From: Hyphochytrium catenoides
Lineage: Eukaryota > Protista > Hyphochytriomycota
Assembly: GCA_900088475.1 (NCBI GenBank)
Contig: FLMG01002581.1
Span: forward strand, 1 to 41,881
Length of the DNA: 41,881 nt
Reading direction: 5' to 3'
Positions 22,901 through 34,000 of this stretch are shown piece after piece (the stretch's first letter is position 1; every line of letters starts with the position of its first letter). The position numbers and the translations under genes were made by a program. The notes beneath the pieces are model-generated. The model made no database searches, was not told the origin of the DNA, and saw only the letters and a list, made by a program, of their open reading frames with translations.

Positions 22901-25770
22901 GTCCAGTTTCTTCATACCCTCGGGATGATGCAGTAACAGGGAATACATTTGGCACGCAGGTTGCAAATAGGGAATGTGATCAGGCATCCAGTCCAAATGT
23001 GCAAAGTATCCTTTGTCACCGGGATCGCAGCGAAAGAACCCGCTGACCCGTTTAAAGAACTGTGGGGGCAGTAGGGAGGTGTGAGGAGGAGAATCAGTGA
23101 CTGCGGAAGGTTCGGTCAGATCAGGGTAACCGTCCTCGAGAAGGAGAGCCCAGAGAAGCGTCTAACATCCTCCAGAAAAAAAACTTGAAGGACTGCACTG
23201 TTAATATTTTGGAGGAGAAGGTTTGGGGAAAGCCCAGAAAGATAGATGGCGACACCTAGACGGCGCGCAAATCGAAGATAGCGGGACCTTAGAGCGCAGC
23301 GCCTCGGAAAGGCGCGCTGGGTTTGTTAGAGCTCCCTCCAACAATTCCGTGATAACCTCCCAGTCCCACTTCTTCCAGTCTTTACCGGCTAGGACGCGTG
23401 ACCGATTGATCATGTCTTTAAGATGAGCCTAGGCACCAGCCACGACAACAGCCAGAAAGGAGGAAAGGAGCAAGAGTTGTACACCGTTTCAGTGATCTAA
23501 GCAAAATATATCAAGTGAGGAGAACCTTGTCCTTGAAAGACTGGCCAGTCTAAACTACCCCCCTCACTTAACAACCTTCTTAGCACCGATAGTTCCAGAG
23601 CATCTTACCTCATCCATCTGTGCATCTAGTGAGATCTTAAGGTCATGGACCATTCTCTCTCTATTCGAGCTAAGTAGCGATGAAGCCTGAGCGCGGTGCT
23701 GAGAGCGGTTTGTCCCCATCAGGAGCTCGGAGCTCATGTGAACGCCGTTGACATATCCGCAGCTGTTGAGTGTGGACCTAGCAGCGAGGGCTAAGGGCAT
23801 ATATACCATCCTCCAATCATCCTTTTCCCTTCAACAGCCATTAAATTTGTTCTCTCTGCATAAATGGAATACCTTTCCCGTCATGTCAACTCCTCAAGGC
23901 TCCCAAGCGCCAAGTCTAGCTCAAATTACCTCGATTGTTGCATTTCATAATATCTTACCTGTTAAGACCAGACCCGACAGCGTTGGCCAAATCAGAGAGC
24001 ATCTGAGAGGCTCTGAGGGCCCTGAATCTGGCCTCTAAACTTTCTTTCCCAAGCTCTCCCTCATCTAAGCTCTTCGGATAAACGGAAGAAGCCACTTCAA
24101 CAAGCTTAGGAGCAGCGAGGAGGCGGGCACAATGGTCTTCTGGCAACAAAACCGAGGAAAGCCTACGAAGGGATAAATGTTTAGCAGTTCAACCTTCATT
24201 CACTCGACATACCTCAGGCTGACCTCAACATTTCTCCCAAAATTTCCGTTGCTAAGGCTGCGAGCTCCTTGTTAGTCCCAGTACCCAGCGCGATTAGCCC
24301 TTCTATGAGGCCGCAGTGTATAAGTGCCACAAGCACAGTCACATAATAGTTATCGAGAAGATTATGAGGAGGTTGTGAGGAAGCGTGTTTATGTTGGTAG
24401 GTCTGAAGAATGGAGCGGGTGCGAGTTTGAGAGTAGAGATCAACCACGGAGCTGGATGGGCTTGAGAGGTTTATGTGTAGGATCTCGGCGATTGTAGATA
24501 GGACCTAGATGCATAGATGCCGTCAAGAGACTACCGGTTAGGCGACAGCGTGAAGAAGAATGAATTGCGACTATAAATGGGAAACGTTAAAGCAGACAGC
24601 TAATGAGCAGTGAAGTACTACCATTCCCCTCTTTGGACAAAAAAGTAGTGTGTGGAAGTGGATGAGGAAGACGATGAGGAGTTATCGTTCCAGTCACGCA
24701 GGTTCCGGTTTAAGGCAACAAAACACACCTGTCTCTGTATGTCCTGCCCCACAGGCTTTAACAAAAACTGGACCAGCGAAGATAAGCCATGTGGGTCAGA
24801 GGTCAGCAGCAGAATGCCTGTCCAGGTTCTCATCATGAGGATGATAGCGTTCTTACTAGCCGTCCAGCGCTGCCGTCTCTCATTCCCATTAGGGAAGTCA
24901 GTATCCGTGAAGGGAGAAAGTAGCACCTGCACCAGAATGCAAAAGAAGAAATGGCCGAGGAGAGTGTCTCAAGCCTTGTCTTGAAAGAGGTTTGTCGCAG
25001 TCATGATCACACGAATGCGGCCAACAGAAGGGTAAGTAAGAGAACCAAAAAGAAATAAAAGTGCTCCCATAGAGGACTGTACCAAGCCAGTTGTTCCGTT
25101 AAAGGCTTACCTGGAGATCTATAGCTTGACGCATGTACTTTCGCATCGAAGGCTCATTCAGGACAAACAGGATGGTCAGTATCAAGGACTCTGCCAAGTC
25201 TTGGCAGCTTGGGTCTAGAACGGAGTCGAATAATGTCCTGAGACCATTGCACTGTGCTACAACCTTTGTGTTCGCAACGGCTAGCTCGCGTAGGGTCTCC
25301 AAACAGACGCGTCGGAAATTGTCTTCCTTGTGAGAAGCGATGGCCACAAGGCCTCTTACTATGCAACGAGGCATGAGCGAGCTGTCTGTCTCTATAAGCT
25401 TCCTTATAACTTTCAATGCTTGCATCCGCTCATGGGCCAGTCGGGCATCTCGCTCTAGAGACCTCACAATATACAGTTGAAGCTGCACTCGAAGGAGGTG
25501 CTGCACAGCTGAACTATCCGAAGTCACATAACGAATCAACCGCAGCGCCCCTGACCGGACAACGGAGTCCGTATCCCCTGCTGGGGCTCGGAGGGCGTGA
25601 AGAAGGCGTTCTGCAGGAACCTTGTCGAGAACCGACGGGTTGGCTTTAATGATCTTGAGTATCCGCGCATTGTGGTCTAGCTTCTGCTGCCGAGTCAAGC
25701 CACCACCTTCAAGGTTCAGGCAACAATTCTCGACCGCCTGCGCCAGCTGCGGCAAAATGGACTGGCTCAT
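17000..25770 (-). CDS. RICTOR: RICTOR (TORC2 scaffold; Avo3/Ste20/Pianissimo homolog), many exons; exact stop within ~17000-17030
   Basis: Rictor_N: HERMQALKVIRKLI..RGLVAIASHKEDNFRRVCLETLREL..IDLQ|VLLSPFTD. Rictor_M: KDWKKWDWEVITELLEG. Further: VREYFTLLG; RLYATCLLR..WGVETLVTQLY; LPPHLYGELAKTEAGCRLL; RAALWAL|GHIGAS; RGTCFYVLGLISRS..LGWES; C-terminal YRLPVRRFIHDLFD. Confidence 0.93.
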
Positions 25771-26909
25771 GCTTCCCGCTTGGCTAAAGCCTCAAGCGGG
25801 CGTGGGATGGGGGTGGGGAAGGTTAGTAGTTATCCAGGAACAATGCTCATCCTGGCATGGGGTGAGCTGGATCTGTCCCTATCCCCCTATGTCATTCCAC
25901 TACCGTAGGGATTCTTGCCCTGACTCTCTGCTCGTCGAAGAGAAGCAATCCAAGACGGCAGCAACGCGATCATCTCCTAGCTTTCAGCTGCTCAAGCCGA
26001 TGTTTGGCAGCGACGGAGACAGCGGCCGTTATGAAGAGTGTCAACGCCCCCAGAAACAGACCAACCCAAGGATCAGTCCCGCCTGCTTCTCATCGTCAAA
26101 GATAAAGCTCTAAATAACAACTCAGTTTGCCGATAAATCACTACCGTTAGCGGCTTCAGAACAGGTACAGTTCTACTGCAGCCGCCGCTATAATAGAAAG
26201 GGTATTGGGATCATCAGAATCCCCGTCCTTTCCTATTCTTCTATGTACAGCACATACACAATAATCTTTCCTCAATAAATCTTTGTAGATCAAGGTGCAG
26301 ACGGTAGAACAGGTTTGTTGTTGAGATGAAAGAGCTCTCGAGGAACAGAAAGAGGAGAGAAGGAGATGTGCAAGTCTACGAGGACGAAAACTTCTTTAGG
26401 TTTCTGGTGACGGCGTCCTTGCGATTGCAGGCAGCCGACAGCAGGATAGGCCTAGAATATGCTAAGGATGTAGGTGATACTGAGGAACCTTATGTTCCAA
26501 ACCGCGACCTCCCCAAAGCCGCCAGGGGAGATGCCAGTGCTATGGTGCAAGCAACCATTTATTGGATTTTTAGTCATCATAGTCAAAACTCCCTTGTTCT
26601 TTTATGGACAAATTTTTTGAACGAGACCAGACTAAGTGTGACATTCAGCGTTCTGCAGTTCGCTTCAGTCTCTCCTTGGGTAGCCATGTCAGATGTGCCA
26701 AAATATACCGCCAGAGACTTAGCCCGATAGCTTTGAGACAGGTTGTTTCGCTGGGCTAAGAGCATTGCACTGACAGATACCGTCAGTGCTTCTGTGCCGC
26801 TACATCAATACAAGGCTACATGGGAGGGGTCTCTCTCACCCAACGCCAAGAGTTTTGGAAAAGGTGGGCTTCCTAGGTCTGCTTATGGTCCAGCTGGCAG
26901 TGGCCACTC

Positions 26910-27742
26910 CTAGCCGCTGACAATCAGAGATTTGCATACAGGGCATTCCGCTTTTATACGAAGCCATGGATCCACACAGTCAGAATGGAACTGGTGTAAG
27001 CATGGCATCACGCGCACCATGTCTCCAACCGCGACATGATCTAGACATACGGAGCACTTGATCTTTTTTGCCGCAGTTGCATGGGCCTCGCTGGAAAAGA
27101 GGGAGTTGATAAGTGGTGCTTTTTGTCACCTTCCGTACGCATACAAAGGTCCTTACTTGTAGCGGTATAAAGGGAGGCCATTGATCTGGTCTTGTGAAGC
27201 TCCTCGAAGATTCACAGCATTCTCGTCCAAAGCTAAAAGTCTTTCATAGTCTGAAATGCGTAGTAACAGCTAGGTAAGTCTTCGTGAACATCACCCATTA
27301 AGAGGCAAGCCTACCGTTTGCATCAAAATCCCTGTCCATCAGCATTAACTGCATGTGAAGAGGGTCAAGGTTTCGAAGGCTCCGATTTAGAAGCAGTGCC
27401 CTGTCAGCAAACAGCCGGCGACCTACTATCTGGTCTCTTAAGTCAGTCTCGCTGCTTATTATCGCTTTGCTTACTAGATATCCGAAAAAGGAGCAGACTG
27501 CAACGCCGTTAGTAGCTGCTTGTAGGAAGTTCAGACTAAAGGGACGCACCTAGTACTGGCAATGCCAGCGGCACCTCCTTCACCGTTCTGCCAGCCATTG
27601 CTACGAAAAGAATACCGACTAGTGCCATGTAGGCAAAGACGCCAATCCGCACCAAATGCTTCGATAGCCCAAAGGGTCTATGCTCATTTTCCGGTGCATT
27701 GAGAACAGGCACTGTGAAAGCAGTCGTCCTTGCATTCATCAT
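26910..27742 (-). CDS. Transmembrane RING-H2 E3 ubiquitin ligase, SDIR1-like, 4 exons
   Basis: Two N-terminal hydrophobic segments; motif LHMQLMLMDRDFDAND|YERLLALDEN; last exon (~27090-26910) CSVCLDHVAVGDMVRVMPCLHQFHSDCVDPWLRIKAECPVCK (C3H2C3 RING-H2), then TAG. The RING exon is missing from the ORF track. Start ATG is tentative. Confidence 0.85.
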
Positions 27743-27793
27743 GCTGATGCGGAAGCTCCAAGTGCTTGCGTTGATCCTCTTCACAATCACTAG

Positions 27794-28521
27794 CTACCTT
27801 CCTGGCGACGTCGCCAGCAGCGACTTGTCCACGATAGCAAGTTGACTAGTAACGGACAGATCCACTGACGCAAGTACTTCTTGTGTGCTCAACTTGGTGT
27901 CTTGACAGGAGAGAACAGCCAAAAAGCGGACGAATGTCACACATGCGAAGGCTGCAAATGGTCCATTGACAAGCTCGAATGAAGCTTGGGCTCTGACAAA
28001 GAGTGTTTGATATCTGTCATTATTAATCTCCGGTGTATAAGCACGAGCTTCAGTCTTCAGGGAAGGAAGGAGGACATTGCACTTTCGAAGCACTTCCACT
28101 TCAGAACTGCGCTTCTCTGTGCAGAAACATGCGTCCTTTCGGGAGTAGTAATCCACTTCTGTAATCTCAACATAGGGGCTTATCACCCTTCAGTGGTCGT
28201 AGTAGTACGTTTGTCTTTTCCTGTAATGTTCAGAACCTGCAACCAATAATACTCTGATATCGGATACGAGGCTTTACACGATAGCTACATATAAGAGCAC
28301 AATGCAATCATCAACTCCGGGAATATACACTCAAAGGATCAGCTATCTTGATAACTGACAATTAGTCTATTTCACAGTGCCGTGAATCTACCTGGATCCT
28401 CCAGGCCGCCCCTCAGATCAAGCCCATTGTGCTGGTACGAGTACTTGTACAACGAGTAGAGCTCCTCAAAGTGTCTTGAACTGATGCAACTTACTGTCAT
28501 CATCCAGTCACCAATCTCCAT
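27794..28521 (-). pseudogene. Putative two-exon ~190-codon reading frame interrupted by one in-frame TGA; unknown product
   Basis: ATG 28521, exon to 28392, GT-AG intron 28391-28237, then in frame with ORF 28186-27794 except for TGA at 28192-28190. Confidence 0.25.
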
Positions 28522-28899
28522 GCTCTTCTGCGCTCAAGTCTTCCTCAGTCCTCAGTCTAAAGGCTTTACGACATAGGAGCTTTGCTTCATCTTCTTTCTC
28601 ATCAGTTCCTCGAGTAGTCGACGACTGGTGCTTGGCTTTAGAGTGGAAGAGAAGGAGGTAACGAGCGAAACCTGGTAGGGGCTGTAGAACAGCAAAAGGA
28701 AGGAAGGATGGTTGGGACACGCAGCCAAGCGACGGCACAGAGGAGACGGCACAAGGCCCAAGGCGGGGCCGCCGTCGAACGGACCAGAAGCAGGCTCGCC
28801 ATGAGCAGGGGAGGAGAAGGTTACGTAGGAAGACTGTTCGACAGGAGCGGAACTAACAACTTCATCTTCCTCCACTGCCGATAACTGTCCGACAGAAGG

Positions 28900-29643
28900 G
28901 AAGGGTGGCAGGGAGTCCCGGAATGTGCTATGTTCGGCTCTCCGCAATCGTCCGCACCGAATGTAGGATTTTTCGTGTAGGCAGGAAACTAGGCGACAGA
29001 AGGGCTCGAGCGCCAGGAAGCGCTCGTAGGGCTGACCCCGAGAAGACCCCGGGCAGACGCGCTCAGGGAAGGGACATGGGACGCTGTCACCAGAGCGCCA
29101 GGCATGAGGGAATGCAGGCTTAGAAGCCCTCGCCACGGAGTTAAGGGCAAACTATAGGATCAATCTAAACTCAATAAAGCACCGTTCCTCCTCGGTTTGA
29201 GAGAAGAAAGAGAAGGACCCTCCAGGCGCGTAGAAGTGCCGAAATATACTACGAATCCGCAGAGCTGGAAGGAGTGCTCAAAGCGACAGGGCCGAGGCAT
29301 CGCGCGAAGCGGTCCTATCGCCAACCACAACAACGTCCACGACAGGCGGACAGCGGACAATGGCGCTCTGAGCCTGACAAGTGTCTTGGCGGAGTCACGA
29401 ACGCCAGCCACTATTCAGCAGTTGTTTGGGAGAGGCAAGCATTCTTGTTGGGGGCAAGAGCAGCAGGTGGCGTTTGATGCGTTAAAGAAGTTATTGTTGG
29501 AGGGACTAGTCTTCTTACATACTTCTGACCTTTCGAAGGCAGCACAATTTATCGTGTATACCGATGGCTCAAAGGACGTGTTGGGAGGGGTCTTTGTCCA
29601 ACAAGATGAGTACGGGAAGGAGCAAATCTTGCATAAACCTTAG
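28900..29643 (+). mobile_element. Degenerate Ty3/Gypsy LTR-retrotransposon pol fragment (RT motif plus connection/RNase H), internally deleted
   Basis: WGQEQQVAFDALKKLLLEGLVFLHTSDLSKAAQFIVYTDGSKDVLGGVFVQQDEYGKE matches the Ty3/Gypsy RT-RNaseH pattern (W..EQ..AF..LK..L....L..PD....F.+.TDAS..+G.VL.Q). Frameshifted GVTNA/PATIQQL at 29391-29424 resembles the RT motif GL.NAPATFQR. No LTR, protease or integrase seen; left boundary uncertain. Confidence 0.8.
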
Positions 29644-31044
29644 CCATAGTGTAAAAGGGTCCGAGCCCAAAAGCCTTATCATGCGGTGATGGACTTCGTC
29701 CAGAGCTCTGGAAGGACCTTCTATTACGCAGTCTTCATTGGTAGTGGGTGGATGGTGCTTTTTTCTCGTCAAAAGGAGGTCCCACACGGACCTTGACTGA
29801 GGTGAGATGCTCCTCGTATAGGTTCAATACGTACACGGTTCGTGCGACACCGGTTGATACCTCCAAATATGTGCCTCCCTACAGATACACCTCGCATAGA
29901 CTCATGCTTCTCCCCTTCCGAATACACCCTTTTAGTGTCTGGCTATAAGCCTATCTGAGGAGAATGAAGATGGGGAGGGAAGGACCAGCCCCTCCTGTGT
30001 TACTGTCCCTAATCGTTCTTTTTTTAGGAAGATTCAGCCCCTCGAAATCTATGAAACAGTGTGGTGATCAATTTTGTTTGCAGGAGTCAAGGCTAGTACT
30101 TCTTCGCCTGATATTAGGGTTCAACTTGTTCTTACTTTACTATTCACCGAGGAATCATTATCATCATTAATGTGTCCCCTTCTACTCACCACCATCAAGA
30201 AGCACTATCGTCGTGCCAGCAGCTACCACGACTTCACTGGTGTTGGCCTACCGTCCTTTGAGGCAATTATCACCACTATCTATACTTCCCCCGATTTTGG
30301 TCGATCCTTTAACGCAGCCCAAAGAAGTCAAGGTAACAAGGGACAAGAAGAGCAGCCACCAAACTGCTTCTGTCTTCAACATAAACATAAAGAGGAGGAG
30401 ACTAAGCCTGACGTGAGTCGTACTTTGATTCTTCCTTCTGCTACTACATAGAACTATTATGGCTGTTTGGCTCCGTTGTTCTTCTAATTTAGAAAAAAGT
30501 TGAGTCCTACTGCAGGTTATCACCAGCAGCAGCCCTGCTCTTCTTCACTCAATCACTCTTTCCGCCTCTGCACAAAGAACAGCTAGAGTAGTGGTCCCCC
30601 GACAACGACATGACACAATAAGTCAGCGGGGTTCGAGCCTAAACAATCTGAGGCCGACGAGCTGGTGCCTAGCTAAGCATCCTGTGCCTAGAAGTTGATA
30701 CTTGTCGCGGTACGACCGGGAAGGGCTACATGAGCTGAGAGATAATCGCCGCAAATCCCTTCTTAGATGGCCTGCAGTGGCTGACGGCCCTAGCCATCGC
30801 TTCCCTAGTTTGGAGTTCCAAGCCTTAACAGCCATGATTTGGCGGCTCGCGTCCTGACGGTTTCGGACGCCATATTCGCTCACTCGGGAACTGAACCAGA
30901 CGGTCAACCCAATAAATTACGCGAGGGACTGCTGAAGCTCTTTAAATATCATCTGGCACCATGACAGTCCTTCTGCCAGAGCAAGGAGACCCAATCTTCT
31001 GCATGCGGGTCGCCTAGCACAATGTTAGCTTCCTAGGGTCCGCC

Positions 31045-34000
31045 TCACCGGTGAGTAGAGACGGTTGAGTTTGGTTCTATGTTTGGCTTGATCTCCAGTG
31101 GCTTCACCCCATTAGGGTTATTGGACTTCACATCCACTGAGTTTGCCTCACTCTTGGTCTTCATCTCAAATAGCTTTGGCTCGCCACCAAGCTTCACATC
31201 CACTGGCTTTTGGCCACTATTGGCCTTTGGCTCCAAGGCTTTGAGTTCACAGTTGGATGTCAATTCCGCAGGCGCTAGTTCATAAATGGCCTTTGCCTCC
31301 GCTGTGCCATTCTGGCGGATATCCGATTCTATTTTCTCCGGATTATTTGATGATCTTTGACTTGTCTGGATCCCAGGTTGACGATCGGACGATGCCAGCT
31401 TGTAGATTTCTTCGCCCCACTTTAGGACTCTTCGCTAAGATTTGCCTGTTTAGGCATACTGACCAACATCTTAATGATTAGATGTACCTTTTGTGCCTCC
31501 AGCCACTCTTCTCCCATATCCCTTAGCACAGGTCGGAGCACCTCTTCTCCTAGCAGAAGGCTGGCAATGTTCTCATTCGTAGGGTAAGTACTTGGAGCCT
31601 GTAATGACGTTAGAGAGGCCTACATATCAAAATGGCTTGGGAAGCTATGGTTTACCTGGTTCCATTCTGTAAGCAGTTAACGAGACGTGCCACGAAGCAA
31701 GTTAGACAAGACCAATCTTCCAACCATCGCATTTGAAGCTGGTACCTTTGAACAAGACTCCTGGTTTAGTTGACTTTCCCTATAAGGGGGGCAGTCAGAC
31801 GGTAAGAAGGTTGTTTTGACCGAGTCCATATGAAGGCTATGTACTTACCTCCAGTAAGAACGGGTATTGTCTTCGGACGATGGCGTAGAGTAAGCTTCCC
31901 ACAATATGAATGTTAGCCATCTGTGACGCCAATGAGGGCTTGGTCCCTATCCCAACATCCCACGGACGGAGTGCCTGCAACCAAACAGGAGGAGAGATGC
32001 CACGATGAACATGAGATTGCGGGAGCTATTTAGGACGCTACAAAGCCGATCTTTCCGCAATTGCTTCGTGTCAACTTACCACCTCCCCCAATAGCAACCG
32101 GACCAAAAGATAATCTATGACTAACATCACAGGCTTGGAGGTGTCCGGTTGCCCATCAGGACCTAGTGTCATGCCTCTGGTGCTTCCGATGCTATCAAAC
32201 GTAAGGTTCCTAAACTCGCTTGCCCAGAGGAACTGCAGGTGTCAAAAGAGTAAGGCATTAACTTCGCCAGTTTGGAGAACAGCTGTATTTCGACCTCACC
32301 TCTGCCGGATAAAAAACTCCATCTTGGGATAGTTTGCTCAAAAATGTACCGATCGCCAATGGAAGGGTCAAGGCGCTGTCTGGATCTGTGGCCTTCTCTA
32401 GAGCATCCAAAAGCCCTTTCACCCTCACCTGAACAGTCCTGACGTCAGAAAACCCATAATGATAGAGTGTCGAGGGATCGAAATGACAATGGCTGTAGCG
32501 AACCTTGACCAGATTGGACGGTTAAAAGTTATCCCATACCTTCATCTTCACTATCTGTTCGCTTTGTCTTGATTTGGACACCTTGAACACCCTTAGACCT
32601 CCAGACGGTCTGGGTTCGACCTCGAGGCGTAGCTCAGTATCTTGGACTAACGAGAGAAGCGGCGCCCGAACCACCTTCGTGAGCCAACTCACGCATTTTC
32701 CTTGGTAGATCTGTATCATATCTGCCATTGCCTGCGCAATGAGAAGGATAAATGAGGAGTCGTTAGGTTGCAGCAAAGGAGACAAAGAGGTGGCAGACAA
32801 AGTGCGTATAAAGTTGTGGCGACCGGGAATGTAGCAGTAAAAGGCACTGAGTAATCGGGCCTTTTAACATGAAGGATAGAGTTGTTCTACCTGCAGCTGC
32901 TGGGCCTTCCCGTTCGCCTTTACTTCCATGACGAGGTTCTTCAGCCTTTGTATGAGTATCAGGCACAAAACACCCGACCGAAACAAGGCTTTCCCCTATG
33001 GGAAGACGAGGTAAGGGAATATAATCGCTTGAGCCAAGCCCAGAGTGACTAGAAAGACGTCTACCAAGTCACCTTCAAAATTTGCTGCGGCTGAGGTATG
33101 GAGTCTGCAAAGCGCCACCTAGGCCTCTTATCAAAAGCGCCGGTGGAGTATTTAAGGCTGTTCTCAATCTGCTTCCTGCGGGCCTGCGCAGCCTGGCGAG
33201 CTTGGTCAATGGAGGATGATGTGGCCATATTGCCCATCGCTTCGAACGGGGTCTGTGCTTTTCTGACTTTGGCCTCTACGTTGCGAGCTAACCGTTCCAA
33301 CTCTTCGTCCAGCTTCAACTTGAACTCTTGGTCATCGGCTAGGAGCTGGAAAAGATTGCTAAGAATTAGTGTACACTCGGCTACGCAAGGCCGTGAAAGC
33401 CCGGGACGTGGGAAGAAACATAAAACGAAGCAATGGCATGGTATAGGTCGCAAGTGTAGGCTTCATGTCGTCAGAAAGGTTTCAATGGAGATGAAGAGTT
33501 CGATTGACGAGAAGAGGACAAAGCGATAGCTGTGGTACGGGAGTGCCTCATGTTCTATTGACAGAACGCTCGAGGCGACCAACTACGGCCAACCTTTTCG
33601 TGAGAATCGTCCCACTTCGCTTCCTCTATTAGCTTTGTCAGTTCCTCTTCTTGCGCAGTAGGCAATCTGAGACTCGTGGCAGGGTACCGCTTTGCTTTGG
33701 CTTTTTCTTGGACTAGATTCTGCGCATCATGGGTAACATCTTGGCCTGCTCGTGGCATTAGCTGTTTGAGCCCGCCACTACCCATCTCAGGCATCAGTTC
33801 TCTCGTGACAGCCTGCGTGTTGCACGATGGAAATCCTCTGGTAGAGCTTTGGCTAAAAATGTCACACACAGCACATGAGAATTAGTGTTTCCTGGAACTA
33901 TAGACCTAAGAATGAAGAAAGGCAGAGATGGCAGTGTGATGTGGACCTTACAGGTCAAAGGGATCAGCTTTTGCCATCTGCTTCACTGCTGACAACCCTG

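Noticed and set aside
28552-29136. 194-aa minus-strand ORF
   Set aside because: GC-rich antisense frame over the retrotransposon relic; no domain signal.
30074-30451. ORF with HDFTGVGLPSFEAII, faintly like the N-terminal helix region of PIF/Harbinger transposases
   Set aside because: Too short a resemblance; no DDE motifs or terminal inverted repeats found.
30580-30650. GGGTTCGAGCC B-box-like motif suggesting a tRNA or SINE
   Set aside because: No cloverleaf, acceptor stem or proper A-box can be formed.
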